Source: the human T2T-CHM13v2.0 reference genome, Homo sapiens
DNA length: 64,000 bases
Direction: 5' to 3' (one strand)
NCBI RefSeq assembly: GCF_009914755.1
Contig: NC_060928.1
This document shows positions 17,848 through 30,950 of the stretch, piece by piece (position 1 is the first letter of the stretch; each line of letters opens with the position of its first letter). The position numbers and the translations under genes were made by a program. Under the pieces are notes generated by a model. The model worked only from the letters and a program-made list of their open reading frames with translations. It was not told where the DNA came from and did no database searches.

Positions 17848-18060
17848 ATTTATTGAAGCACTCTGCCAAGTGCTTTACTTAATTATATTAATTAATCCTC
17901 CAAAAACTCAATGAGATAGATATCATTATCCCTAATTTGCAGATGAGGAAACTAAGGCTGGGAGGCCTTAATTAACTTGCCCACAGTTCCACAGCTAGTA
18001 AGTTGCAGGGCAATGATTTGAGCTCGAGTCTCATTCTAATTCTTAAGTCCTTTTGCCACA
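17848..18060 (-). mobile_element. MIR
   Basis: TTTGCAGATGAGGAAACTAAGGCT..TAACTTGCCCACAG..ACAGCTAGTAAGT. Confidence 0.8.
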
Positions 18061-18223
18061 CCATCAAGCACCCAAAGAGTTTCAAAAGCAGTTACTCACT
18101 GTTTTTAACCCACAATTAAAACTGTTGATGTGCAGAGTAAACCATTCCTCTGCCAGGCGTCCTCAAAACCCCATCCAGCTGACTTACTAAGAAACTGAAA
18201 GGTAGTGTCATTAGAGAAGGTCA

Positions 18224-18557
<334 letters not shown>

Positions 18558-19689
18558 TTACAGAAACACTAGGAAAATCTTGGTTGACAGCAACTATCTT
18601 TTTAAATCTCCCAGGCTGTGCCCAAGCTCTGGGGGATTTCATAAATCCTTAGCTAACTTGGGACACCTGGCTACAGGGATTCACAGGAATATGTCAGATT
18701 CCGATGTGTTTATTATACACTTACTGGGCTCCCAAAGACACTCTCCTGGAGCTCCTATTCACTAACCAGACAAGTATGAGTTTGGGACTAATCCATTTAT
18801 CAAATAGAATAGCCTAAATTTGTACCAGGCAGATGCTGTGTAGATTTCTTTCTTTTCATTGGGTATTCAGCAATGGGCAAGAATTTTGAGGTCTTGGTCC
18901 ACAGTTGCTCAGAAGTTCCCATTCCCCAGAAGCATGACAGAGTCTTGGGGAAGAGTGACTGCTCTGTGACTTAAAGAAAGTTGTAGCCAGATTTGGATAA
19001 TGTCCAAGTCTTTACAACTAATCTCCTCCTCTTCTCTTCTAGATGCCATCAACCAAAGGGTGTTTAGAAATGTGTTAATAATTCCCAGGAGAAATTGGCC
19101 AGGATTACCTAGTCATGACTAATGAAGCTGTCATCTGCCTTTCCTTCCTGCTGTTTAATAATGCCTTCTAAAGAGTGCTTTATGAAGATGGATAGTATTA
19201 TAATGCTGCACTCAAGAAACTGGCACAATGTCAATGAAAACAGAGGCCAGCTTATTTTGCATGCCACTCTATTTTTCATTACGCTCCACAATAACTTGTT
19301 ATTAAATGAAAATGAATTTGCCATTAGGGACTAGGTACTATTTAATAACTGTTCAGCAATGTTTCATGATTTAATTTTTTTTTTTGTAACTAGTGCAGCA
19401 GCCATGTAAGTAAATGTCATTCGGGATTAAATGAGGTTGAATTTTCTAGAACAATCTTAAAGGTTTCATGGAACTTAGTCATTAAAACTGGATGTGGTTT
19501 GAAGCTTGGTTTACTAAATCCTAACTTTGAATTGACCATCTTCAAAACAGGAAGAGTGAGGAAGACTCTCTCCATGAGTACTCTCAGAAAATGACATAGA
19601 AAGTAAGCATCGTGCCTTATAGAGAATTCCTAGAAGGGGTAGGGGACTTACCGGACAGCAGTCTCCTCAGTAGCCTCCCCAAAGAGTAT

Positions 19690-20040
19690 GTCTCAATCAA
19701 GATAGTCAATGCTATTTTGGAATAACAAATAAACCCCAAATTTTAGTGGCTTCAAATGATAAAGGTTTGTTTCTTGCTTGTGCCACACATCCACTGCAGG
19801 GCTGTATGTCTGTCATGGGTTATCTTGAAAGCCAGGATGATCAAGCACCCACTATCTGGAATGATGACAGAGGGCAAAAAGAGCTCTGGAGGGTCTCAAA
19901 TCAGCCATTAAAAGCTTGATCTTGAACTGGTCCCATGACCCCAACCCAAGAAGTGGGAGAGGGCCAAGAATTATAATTTTACTGTGTACTCAAAAGGCAG
20001 AAATAGCATATCTAGTGATCAGTCCTAGTGGGTACTAATG
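19690..20040 (-). mobile_element. Old MaLR LTR (MLT1-type)
   Basis: AATAACAAATAAACCCCAAATTTTAGTGGCTT..AAAGGTTTGTTTCTTGCT, typical antisense MLT1 3' end. Confidence 0.6.
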
Positions 20041-20501
20041 TGAGATCAAAATGAGGATTTCATTACAAGTCTAAAGATTCAAAAGTGCCTCTTGCATTCT
20101 GAGAGAAACCTCTACTTTCCCAGACTCACCTTTTCGCTGTGGTCACAGACATCCAGGCAGCCTCGCTTCTTTCCTGAAAGTCGGACGTTCCCATGGTCCC
20201 TCCTCTTCAAGGAATCAGCCATCCCAGGACTCGTTAACACCAAGTGATCTGTAACTTTAATTCATGTCAATCTGGTTATGTACTTGAAAATTGCCAGGAT
20301 ATTTTTGAATTATCAGTATCATTAAAGCTCAGACACATGTGGATAATGAACAATCCTTCCCCTTCACCTATAAAAATCCAAAGCTGACATTGAATTTATG
20401 CTATTTAACATAAAATTTCTTGGCATTTTTTAAACAAACTGTATAAGGACTGAATTACTGCACAAAGTATTGCCTGCTTTTCGAAGACTGAGACCACATG
20501 A

Positions 20502-20809
<308 letters not shown>

Positions 20810-20833
20810 TATAACAATTTTCTACACAGCCAT

Positions 20834-20834
<1 letters not shown>

Positions 20835-20866
<32 letters not shown>
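20835..20866. repeat. (TG)n microsatellite
   Basis: Pure dinucleotide run. Confidence 0.95.
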
Positions 20867-20869
<3 letters not shown>

Positions 20870-21706
20870 GGTTTTCATCCATGGTTTCTGGATCATAACC
20901 CCCATAGTCTTTTGTTATAATGTTGGGGTGCTGTAGGCCTCAGCAGCAGGTCTCAGGAAACAGAATCTCTCTCTCTGACCTTCCCCTGTCCTCCTTTCAT
21001 CTGCCTAAGGCAGGACTCGAAACTGATTGTAGGTCAGAAGCCCCTCATTCCAGAGGGGTCCAGCCCCATACCCTAGAGGAAGGAAGGCTGCACAGAGAGG
21101 CCAAGAAAAGCCTAAACACACAGGCCTTGCTGGGTTTAGATTATGTGCTTTTTGTCCAATCACATTTCTACATGGTTGTCTATCATGCCTATGTAATGCA
21201 GTCTCCATAAAGACCCAGGAGGACAGGGTTTGGAAAGCTTCAGGATAGTGGAACTCAGGAGGTTCCTGGAGGGTGGGGGCCTCTGGTGGGGGGTGAAAGC
21301 TCTGTGGCCCTTTCCCCATACCTTACCCTATGCATCTCTTCATCTGTATCCTTTGTAATATTCATTATAATAAACCAGTAAACATGTTTCCCTGGGTTCT
21401 GTGAGCCACTCCAGCAAATTAATCAAACCCAAAGAGGGAATCGTGAGAACCTCAACTTGAAGCCAGTCAGTCAGAAGTTCTGGAGGCCTGGACTTGTGAC
21501 TGGGGTCTGGAGGTGGCAGAGTGGGGGCAGTTTTGGGGACTGAGCTCTCACTCTGTGGGATCTGATGCTACTTCCAGCATCAATGTCTGCTGCTTGGTGT
21601 GTGGGGAAAACCCCCCATGCCTTTGGTCACAGCTTTCTTCTGTGTTGATGGTTGTGGTGGTGGTGTGAGAGCAGAGGAGAAACAGTTTGAAGAGTTTTCC
21701 CCAAAT
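20867..21706 (+). mobile_element. MER21-family solo LTR
   Basis: CCCTCATTCCAGAGGGGTC, CACAGAGAGGCCAAGAA, CCTTCCCCATACCTTACCCTATGCATCTCTTCATCTG-like motif, AATAAACCAGTAAAC, GGTGTGTGGGGAAAACCCCC. Confidence 0.82.
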
Positions 21707-21889
21707 AACTGAGGATGGTGAATACAAAAGAACTTGTATAATTTAAGGAGCCTCTCAAATGGCCTATTAAGTATTCTGTGTGATACTTTGTATTAAGAGC
21801 GATCCTCACTGAATCGTGAAATTAAAGCCTAAGTGTATCCTTAGAGAAGAACAACTATTTCCGAACCATATTATTAACGGTTTCCTTAT

Positions 21890-22200
21890 TATATTAGTCT
21901 GGGTTCCCCTAGAAGCACATCCCAAGACAGAATGAGTACAAGTGATTGATTCAGGAAGTGATCCCAGGAAGTCAGGGAGGGGAATGGGACAGTGAGCCAG
22001 GAAAGAGCATAAGCCCAATATGGTGCACATTCATGAGAAGGAGACCACTGTGGGCAGCTGGAGTGCAGGCTAATTGGCAACTGATAACTGCTGGGTGGGT
22101 GGAGGTATCCTACCAGAGGGGTGAGGCAGCCAGTTGTATGTACTGCAATCCTCATTTGTCATTGGTGAGGACTGTCCCCTCAGTCAAAGGGGATCATGGG
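21890..22200 (-). mobile_element. LTR33-like ERVL LTR
   Basis: TTAGTCTGGGTTCCCCTAGAAGCA..GTGATCCCAGGAAG..ACCACTGTGGGCAGCTGGAG. Confidence 0.7.
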
Positions 22201-22264
22201 AATCATGGAAGAGTTGCTCCCAAAATCTACATGGAGAAGTACGTCTGTGTAGCAAAGGAGTGGA

Positions 22265-22650
22265 CCGTGGTGGCCATGAGAAAGCTCCTCACAAACCTCC
22301 AACCTCAGAGAATATCATTGATTAAGGGCCCCAGCAGCTGCTCCCTGAAATTGATGTGCTAAGGCAGACCCTTTCCTGGAAAATGCAGGGCTCCTCTTAC
22401 AGCAAATTGTGCTCAAAGCCTCTCCAGGTACCTTTACCAAACTGCCCTTAGACTGGACAGGGGTCTAGAATGCTTCTGCCCACCCTCTCTCCTTCACTGG
22501 AAGATTAGATTTGCATTGCAGTCAATGGCTCTCTCTGCCTTTTCCAGATCCCTCCTCACTTTCTCTTACATGAGCATTTTCCCTAATAAAATATTGCATA
22601 TTTAATTCCATCTTGGTGTCTGCCTGTAGAGGACTCAGATTAACAAAGAC
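22265..22650 (+). mobile_element. LTR16-family ERVL LTR
   Basis: 3' end TTTCCCTAATAAAATATTGCATATTTAATTCCATCTTGGTGTCTGCCTGTAGAGGACTCAGATTAACA. Confidence 0.6.
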
Positions 22651-22719
22651 AGTAAGTGTAGTGACACAGCAGCACTTTGTACATAGTATTGAATACAAAT
22701 ACATTAGATGGATGGATGG

Positions 22720-23460
22720 TGTGATGGTTAATTTTATGTGTCAATTTGACTGGGCCATGGGGTGCCCACATACTTGGTCAAATATTGCCCTGGGTGTGTC
22801 TGCGAGGGTGTTTTGGGTGAGATTAACATTTAAATCGGTAGACTGTGTAGATTACGCTCTCTAATGTGGGTGGGCCTCATCCATTCAGTTGAAGGCCTGA
22901 ATAGAACAGAAAGGCTAAGAGCGAATTCTTCAGCCTGACTGCCTTCAAACTGGGACATCACCATTTTTACTGTCCTCAGACTCAAACTGAGCTATTTGCT
23001 CCTCCTTGTTCTCAAGGCTGTCAACTCACCCTGCAGGTCTTGGGACTTGGCTGCCTCCATAACCACCTGAGCCAATTCCTTATAATCTCCCTCTCTCTCT
23101 CTCTCTCATATATAATATATATTATATTATATACTAAATTATATAATGTAATATAAAGAGATTTATGAGGATGTTTATTATAATTTATACACGTAGGTGT
23201 GTGTGTATATATATATGTAAGGGCTCAATAGGCTCAGAAATCTCACTTCTTATATTCTACAAAAAAAGGGTTTGGAATCTGTTGAATCAAAACTCAGGTC
23301 CCATTTTGTGATATGAAACAGCTCATCACAAAACATTTTCACAGCTTGTTTCTAGATTTTGGGGCTTGATATTCATATGTTTGTGTAAGGGCTCAATACT
23401 TTTATATAGGCTTAGAACATAAAATATATGTTCTGTTTCTTTGGAGAACACTGACTAACA
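22720..23460 (+). mobile_element. MLT2 (ERVL) LTR interrupted by simple repeats and an alpha-satellite monomer
   Basis: Start TGTGATGGTTAATTTTATGTGTCAATTTGACTGGGCC; TGAGCCAATTCCTTATAAT; end TTCTGTTTCTTTGGAGAACACTGACTAACA. Confidence 0.85.
23216..23398. repeat. Solitary alpha-satellite (ALR) monomer, ancient monomeric type
   Basis: Colinear alphoid motifs GGCTCAGAAAT..ATTCTACAAAAAAAGGGTTT..GAATCAAAA..AGGT..TGTGATATGAA..CATCACAAAACATTTTCACAGCTTGTTTCTAG..GATATT; TGTAAGGGCTCAATA recurs at period 168. Confidence 0.85.
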
Positions 23461-23461
23461 T

Positions 23462-23540
23462 AGATGGGTAGATGGATGGATGGAAAGTTGGATGGATGGA
23501 TGCATGGGTTGATGGTTGGGTGGGTTGGTGTGTGGATGGA
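23462..23540. repeat. Degenerate (TGGA)n repeat, followed by an L2 relic to ~23830
   Basis: GATGGATGGA runs. Confidence 0.8.
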
Positions 23541-24216
23541 TAAATATGAGGTCATGAAGGAGGATATCTCTGTGGTTCAGGGTCATCAGGGAAAGCTTCC
23601 CTGTGGAGGAAGGACTTGAACTTGAAGAAGGACAGGAGAGAAGGAGGAGAACACTGGGGAGTGGGAGGTAGAGGAAAGAAATCATGGCCAGCAAACGCTA
23701 AGAGGAGGCAGACTCAGAGCATTTGGGGGTCAGTGAACAAACCAGTATGGTTGGATCCAAGAGTCTGTAAATAGGAAGAGTGTGAGTTATATTTAATGAG
23801 ATAATGAGGCTGAGATTCGAAACCAGTTTGCTTCCCCATAGAGTATGCTTTCACACCATTCCCTTAACTTCCAGGTGAATACCTTTGGTCAAAGAAAAAG
23901 ATGTGATATGTTTACTCTTTTCCAAAAATATTTTAAAGTGCAGTTCCTTCAAGAGGCATGGAGGTCACCTCCTCAGGAAAGAATTCCCTGTGTAACCCTG
24001 TGTAACATAGGAACTCTCATCATGTTCTATCTTAGCACCCAACTTCCTTCTTTCCCAACGTTGATCATAATTTGCACATATTTATTTGCATGCTCATTAA
24101 CTGACTGTTTTTCCCACTCATCTGTCAGTTCCATCAAGATAGAGACCTGCACTATTCACCCCAGCACAGTGCCAGGTTGACTGGATAAAACATGGCAGTT
24201 AGAAATGTGAGATTTA

Positions 24217-24522
<306 letters not shown>

Positions 24523-24549
24523 GATATGTGAGATTTAGGCTTATTATAT

Positions 24550-24730
24550 CCTAGCTCCATTAATGACTCTAACAGCTTGACCTTGGGCAAGTAACTTCGG
24601 CTTCAGTGTCTTCATCTACAAAATGAATGATAATACCTCACAGCACTATCATGAAGATTAAATAGGATAGTTTATATAAAGCACAGTGCCCCGTACATGG
24701 TAAGCATTCAATAAAAGGTTGCTATTGTTT
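24550..24730 (+). mobile_element. MIR
   Basis: TGACCTTGGGCAAGTAACTT..CTTCATCTACAAAATG..CATTCAATAAA. Confidence 0.8.
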
Positions 24731-25060
24731 GTTATTACACCTCAAGACTTCTTGGTGTCATTTTTCTGCTGGGTGAAATTGCCTCTGATCAATTAATTAT
24801 GACAGACATTGAGAAAGAAGCTTTAATCATTTGAATCATGACATCTAGATCAATGACTCCTTGAACTTTTTCGTGACAGTAAATAGCCCTTAATTACTTC
24901 AAAAAATTGTTAGATCCCTCCAACATGATAATAATTGTGTATTTTTAAAACTTTGATTGAAATACATATAAGACCAAAAAACTCTCTAAATTCAATAATG
25001 CTTTAAATGTATTTTATTGGCCTTAACAGCATTGATACGTGTCTTAAAAATAGCTGGAAG

Positions 25061-25283
25061 GGATGGGCACAGTGGCTCAACGTTTATAATCTCAGTGTTT
25101 TGGGAGGTCAGGGCAGAAGGATTGTTTGAGGCTAGGAGTTCTCGACCAGCCTGGGCAAAATAGGAAGACCCTATCTCTCTAAAAAGTTTTTTTTTAAAAA
25201 AATAGCCAGGTATGTTAGAATGTGCCTGTAGTCCTAGCTTCTCCAGAGGCTGAGGTGGGAGGATCACTCGAGCCCTGGAGTTT
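25061..25283 (+). mobile_element. AluJ, 3'-truncated
   Basis: Ends at GAGCCCTGGAGTT, abutting THE1; no tail. Confidence 0.85.
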
Positions 25284-25287
25284 AAGT

Positions 25288-25643
25288 TAGTCCGCTTTCA
25301 CACTGCTGATAAAGACATACCTGAGACTGGGCAATTTACAAAAGAAAGAGGTTTATTGGACTTATACAGTTCCACATGGCTGGGGATGCCTCACAATCGT
25401 GGAGGAAAGCAAAGAGAAGCAAGTCACATCTTACGTGGATTGCTGCAGGCAAAGAGAGAGCTTGTGCAGAGAAGCTCCCATTTTTAAAGCCATCAGATCT
25501 TGTGAAACTTATTCACTATCATGAGAACAGCACAGGAAAGGCCTGCCCCCATGATTCAATTATCTCCCACTGGGTTCCTCCCATGATACATGGGAATTGC
25601 GGGAGTTACAATTCAGATGAGATTTGGGTGGGGACACAGCCAG
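25288..25643 (-). mobile_element. THE1 (MaLR) solo LTR
   Basis: TTAGTCCGCTTTCACACTGCTGATAAAGACATACCTGAGACTGGG..GATGAGATTTGGGTGGGGACACAGCCA. Confidence 0.9.
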
Positions 25644-26091
25644 ATGTGTGTGTGTGTGAGACAGAGCATTTATTCAACCAGAGACAATGTTTGGTGGGCA
25701 TCTGGGTTTAAGACCCCATAGGCTTACCTCCAGGGCCATCCCGGGATCTGAGACCCAGTGGGGTGGAAACACTGATTTTGTTGGGTAACTGTGCAAGTCG
25801 GAAAAAAACCTCACCTTTTCCTCCTTGTGGGCTTGAAGTAAGTGTTCTTCCCTCTCATCCTTCCAACAAGGCAGCCCTGCTCAGACAGGTGTGTGCCCAT
25901 CTCAGACTTCCCTCAGCCATCTCCTTTAGAGGGGCTGCCTGTTCACGCACATCAGTCATTTGCTCTTTTATATACCCCATCATGAATATGTGACTATGAC
26001 TATGACTTCACATCACTTCATTCTCAGAACCGTATTTCTGAGTGCATTGGCCAGAAAGATGAAAACCCTGAGGTGACCACACATGAGCATA

Positions 26092-26236
26092 ATGTCCAGC
26101 TAATTTTTGTATTTTTAATAAAGACGGGGTTTCACCATGTGGGCCAGGCTGTTCTCGAGCTCCTGACCTCAAGTGATCCACCCGTCTCAGCCTCCCAAAG
26201 TGCTGGGATTACAGGTGTGAGCCACCACGCCCAGCT
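26092..26236 (-). mobile_element. Alu left-arm fragment
   Basis: Left monomer plus linker only. Confidence 0.88.
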
Positions 26237-26639
26237 GAGATGATGGCAATTTGAACTTCTATGGTGATGTGGATGATGTGAGAGATATCTGGCAGGTAAA
26301 ATTAGTGGGTGATAGAATGGACGTGCAGGCTGGGGACGGGAGGTAATGAGATTGTCTCCTAGATCCCTGGCTTGCACAGCTGAATGCATGGTAGGGCGAT
26401 GCACTAACATAGGAAGCACATGGACAACAACATCAAAAGGGAAAACCTTTGTCATCCAGTCACATGCTTTGTCTACATGCCACTCATTTTGTCAGTTTAT
26501 TGGACTAATTCCCCAGCCCATTCACTAAATTGATAGATGCTGGAGCAACAATCATTTGACCAGCTGCCATGGTACCACAGAAAGGGTCCCCTGGATGCCA
26601 TGTGATGAAAAGTAAGGAACACAGATGGTGAAGTCAGAG

Positions 26640-26810
26640 AGTTATGGTTGCAAAGCTCAGCATCCTGGTTACTAGGAGATTACAGTTCGTGCTTTGCTAA
26701 ATCTCAGGTTCCTCATCTGTAAAGTAAACTTACCTTGCATGAGTACTTTTAGGATTATAGGAGTTACTGCACATAAACTGCTAAGTGCAGGTGCTGTTCG
26801 GGCACTGCTG
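26640..26810 (+). mobile_element. MIR
   Basis: CTCAGGTTCCTCATCTGTAAAGT. Confidence 0.6.
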
Positions 26811-27169
26811 AAAAATCCAAGAGAAATTGCTCTGCTCGCTGTGTGAGTGCAATAATTCTCCATGAAGGCAGTGAATCATCGATGTGTTGGATGGCAAGGA
26901 GACACACTTTGGTGAAGAATGCCTTTTGCAGAGTGCTGTAGGTCTGAAAATCAGGAATGAAGGGTGGGAGGCAGGAGGCTACAGGTATCTGAGAGGAGTC
27001 TGAATATATTAAAGAATCCCAAAGGAGTTTTCTCAACCATGGCCATAACCCCAAAGAGGTGAACTTAGTTTATTAATTAGCATTTGCAATTGTAGCCTAA
27101 AGTCTAAGAAATTTTTTAGTTAATTAACACTTGTATGAGATTGGATATGATCTACTTAAGAAAAAACAC

Positions 27170-29460
27170 ACACATATTTTTATGACAGAAAATGTAAAAA
27201 ATTCATAAAATCATATAGAAGAACATTTAAAAATAATCCATAATCCCACCAACTAGAAATAATTACTATTAATATTATGTCATGTAGCTTTTCAGACTAA
27301 AAATACTATAAACACTTTAAAAACAAAATTGTGATCACACAGAAAAACAAATTTGTAATCTATATTTTAATTATATCAATGTCATGAACATTTTTGCATA
27401 CTATTTTTGCAAATTGTTCTACAACATGACTTTTAATTAATTAATGTTTTTTCTGAGATAGAATCCCCTATGCCCAGGCTGGAGTGCTGTGGCAAAATCA
27501 CCTCTCACTGCAGCCTCAACCTCCCAGGCTCGAGTGATCCTCCCACCTCAGCCTCCTGAGTATCTGGGACTACAGGTGTGTGCCACCACCCCCAGCTAAT
27601 TTTTTGTAATCTTGTAGAGACAGGGTTTCACCATGTTTCCCAGACCGGTCTCAAACTTCTGGGCTCAAGTGATCTGCCCGCCTTGGCTTCCCAAATACTG
27701 GGATTATAGGTGTGAGCCACCACGTACGGCCTTACAACATGACTTTTTAAGGCACAAAGTAGTATAACCTAAGTGCCATAATTTGTTTAGCCAGTTTCTT
27801 AGTGTTGGTCAGTTAGCTTGTTTTTTCAGTATCTGTTATTGTATATAACTCTGTATTTTAAGTTATATACAGGCAAAGATCTTACACATAACATTTTGTG
27901 TACATCTCGGATTACTACTTTAAGAAAAATTACTAATGGAATTATTAGGCCAAGGCATATTAACATTAAAGATATTAAAATATTAATCCCCCCAAAAGAT
28001 TATACAAAATTCACTCTTGCTCACAAAGTTCAAATGTACCTGTTTCTGGTCCTACTTCAAGGATGTGATAGCCTGTTTGTTAAAGAGTATATTTGGGTTC
28101 AGAGATTTTGACCTTCTCTACCTGAAATCCGATAAATATATAGTGATATTTTCTTCTTGCTCAATTTTATTTTCTGTTTTTTAAACTCTCTGGAAAAAAA
28201 ATTGATGTATGATGATGTGAACATCATTTGTTCATTCCCTCACTGATTTAGAATAACTCCTCCCCCTCGATCTGTTTCTAGTTTGTTTTGTTTGTTTGTT
28301 TTTTAGTGTCATTGACTTATTTGTGTGCAAAAACTACTATATTCATCATGGAGAAGTCAAAATATCTGGCAGTGTAGCTGCCTCATCCCCCTCAGTCTTC
28401 TTTTTGGAAAGAATAAAATAAAAACAGAAAATTACAGCAAATACTTTGATACCACCTACCGCATATTATTAAATGTTAGTATTTTAACATAGTTGCTTCA
28501 AACATGTTTCTTAGAAAAGAAATAAAATATGACAGATTGATTCAAAGTCCCTTAGGCTTGGTTTTCCCACTCACTCCCCTTCCTCCCACCCTAGAAGTAA
28601 CCACCAACATGAACTTGGCATGGAAACTTCCAGGCCATGTGTTAAAACTTTAACTTCATATATATCTGCCCATAAATAAAATATTGTATTGTTTTGTGAG
28701 TTTTCAGTTACATAAACAATCTTCTAGATGAATTTTAGAATCATGCCGAAATCCCTGTAGACTCTTCTTTTGGATTTTTATTGGAGAGGCATTAAAGGAA
28801 TATATTACTTTGGGGAGAATTGACATCTTTACATTATTAGTTTTTTCCTCTAAGGACTAAAGTATGTTTTTCATTTATTCAAGTCTCTACTCTGTCCCTT
28901 AGCAAAACACTGTTATTTTCTTCTTGTATGTCCAGCACATTTCTTGCTAAGCGATATCTTTTTTTGTTTGTTTGTTTCCAGGGCCCAGTGTTTATTGCTA
29001 ACTTACTTCTAGGTATTTTATGATTTGTGTTGATACTGAGAATAGGATTTTATTTTTGTATTATAATTTCTAACTCATTATTACTGAGATGAAAGAAAGC
29101 AGTTAACTTTAAATGTTTATTTTGTAACTGGCCATATAACTGGATTCTTACTATGTGTATCTAATACTATAATTTTTCAATTGATTCTTTTGGGTTTTCC
29201 TGGTAGAAAATTATACATTATGTATAACACTAAAGATTTGCAAATAATGATAATTTGGTCTGCTTCTTACTGACAGTTACACTTAATTTCTTTTTCTTAT
29301 CTCTATGAATTAGCTTGGACTTCTATAACAACAAATTACAATGATGATAGAAGGTGTCCTCATCTAATTTTTTATGTTAAAAGGAGTTCCTCTAACATTT
29401 AATACTTACATAGAATGTTGACTGTTGCTTAAGACAGCCTTTATTATGTTTTTTCTTTTA
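27170..29460 (-). mobile_element. Old L1M/L1ME fragments (composite)
   Basis: Antisense L1 motifs TTTGGGGAGAATTGACATCTTTACATTATT, TTTCATTTATTCAAGTCT, TTGCAAATAATGATAATTT. Confidence 0.65.
27440..27731 (-). mobile_element. AluJ
   Basis: Full dimer; TSD TACAACATGACTTTT. Confidence 0.92.
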
Positions 29461-29857
29461 GTATAATGAACATTTTTCCCAATCTGTATATAATTGCAAA
29501 AACAGATTGATTTTTGAAAATTGGAACTCAACTACAATTTTTGGTAGTATTTGTAAAATTGAAGATTCAACCCTCAACATTAGTATTTTTGGTTAATCAT
29601 ATGAGAAGGGGTGTTAGACTATTCCTAATCCTGGCTTTAAAATGAGTTAATGATTTTATTTTGATCAAGTCCTCTCACCTCTCTGGGCCTCAGTTTTCTC
29701 CTTGTAAAATGAAGAGTTAAGATAATTGCTGAAAGTTTATTTCAATTGGGTAAGAATCCAAGCCCTATTTTAACAAAAACTTATTTTTTTTTAGTCAAAC
29801 AATTTTACAAAGTCAGCCACACCTAATAAATTCACAAGGCTGAAGAAGATTGAAAGT

Positions 29858-30175
29858 GGCCAGGTGCTGTGGCTCACGTCTGTGATCCCAGAATTCTGGG
29901 AGGCAGAGGCAGGTGGATCACTTGAGTTCAGGAGTTCAAGACCAGCCTGAGCAACATGATGAAACCCCATCTCTACCAAAAATACAAAAATTAGCTATGG
30001 TGGCATGCACCTGTAGTCCCAGCTACTCAGGAAGATGAGGCGGGAAGATCTCTTGAGCCTGAGAGGTGGAGGTTGCAGCGAGCTGAGGTTGCAGCGAGCT
30101 GAGGTTGCAGCGAGCTGAGGTTGCACCACTGCACACTGTGGGTGACAGTGAAATTCTGTCTAAAAAAAAAAAAAA
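29858..30175 (+). mobile_element. Alu with internal 16-bp minisatellite
   Basis: (GAGGTTGCAGCGAGCT)x3.5 at 30069-30125; TSD AAGATTGAAAG. Confidence 0.93.
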
Positions 30176-30569
30176 AGATTGAAAGCTTAGGTTTAGTACA
30201 CAGAAAAATGAACTCAAAACAAGTTCAATATAAGTGGACTGTGAAACCTGCATAAAGTTCATAGCTGAAGTTCTAAAAATAATAACTACTACCTATTGAG
30301 TATTCATGATGTCCCAGGAATAGTGTTTTACTTACAATATAAACTACTAACTGTTTATAACAATGAAGTAGGCAAAATCAGTTTTCCTATTAGAGACAAG
30401 GAAACTGAGGTATTGTGGGGTAAGAACGCTGTAGAGTCACTCACTCAAAGTCCATTCCAGCCTCCTTCTGGTGTGTTTCCTTCCTATGTTGGATTACCCA
30501 AAAAGCTCAAGTCCAGATATCCCAGACTTTCATGTAGATAGCATTCCTGATATGATTTAGGTTGCATCA

Positions 30570-30950
30570 ATAAGCTTCATTGGCCAGAGACTTGATTTTG
30601 AGACAGATCTAGGCAGAGAGAAGTGGCATGCAAGACTCTGCTTTGCAGATTGTTGTAGTGCAGTCTGGGGCCTACAGTTCTGGGAGTGGCTTTCTAATCT
30701 CCAGATCACAGTCAAGGCAGGGTACCTGGACCCAGTGGCTGGAATAGCAGCTCTCTGAGTCCTCAGAATGAGATGGAGAAGGCAGTCCCCTACACAGGCC
30801 AATTCTAATGTGTCTTTCTGGAAGCCATTCACAGATGGCCTGTTTTTCCAGCCCTTCCAGCAATGTTGTAAGCACCTAGAGTCCTTCTGAAATCCCTTTC
30901 TCCTTGAAGTATCTAAAGTGGTTTCTATTATCTGCACTTGAACTCAGATA
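30570..30950 (+). mobile_element. Ancient LTR (LTR79-like)
   Basis: CCAGCCCTTCCAGCAATGTTGTAAGCACCTA..AAATCCCTTTCTCCTTGAAGTATCTAAAGTGGTTTCT. Confidence 0.55.

Noticed and set aside
23216-23398. Alpha satellite as evidence of a pericentromeric location
   Set aside because: Single monomer in Alu/MIR/L2-rich euchromatin-like sequence; no array
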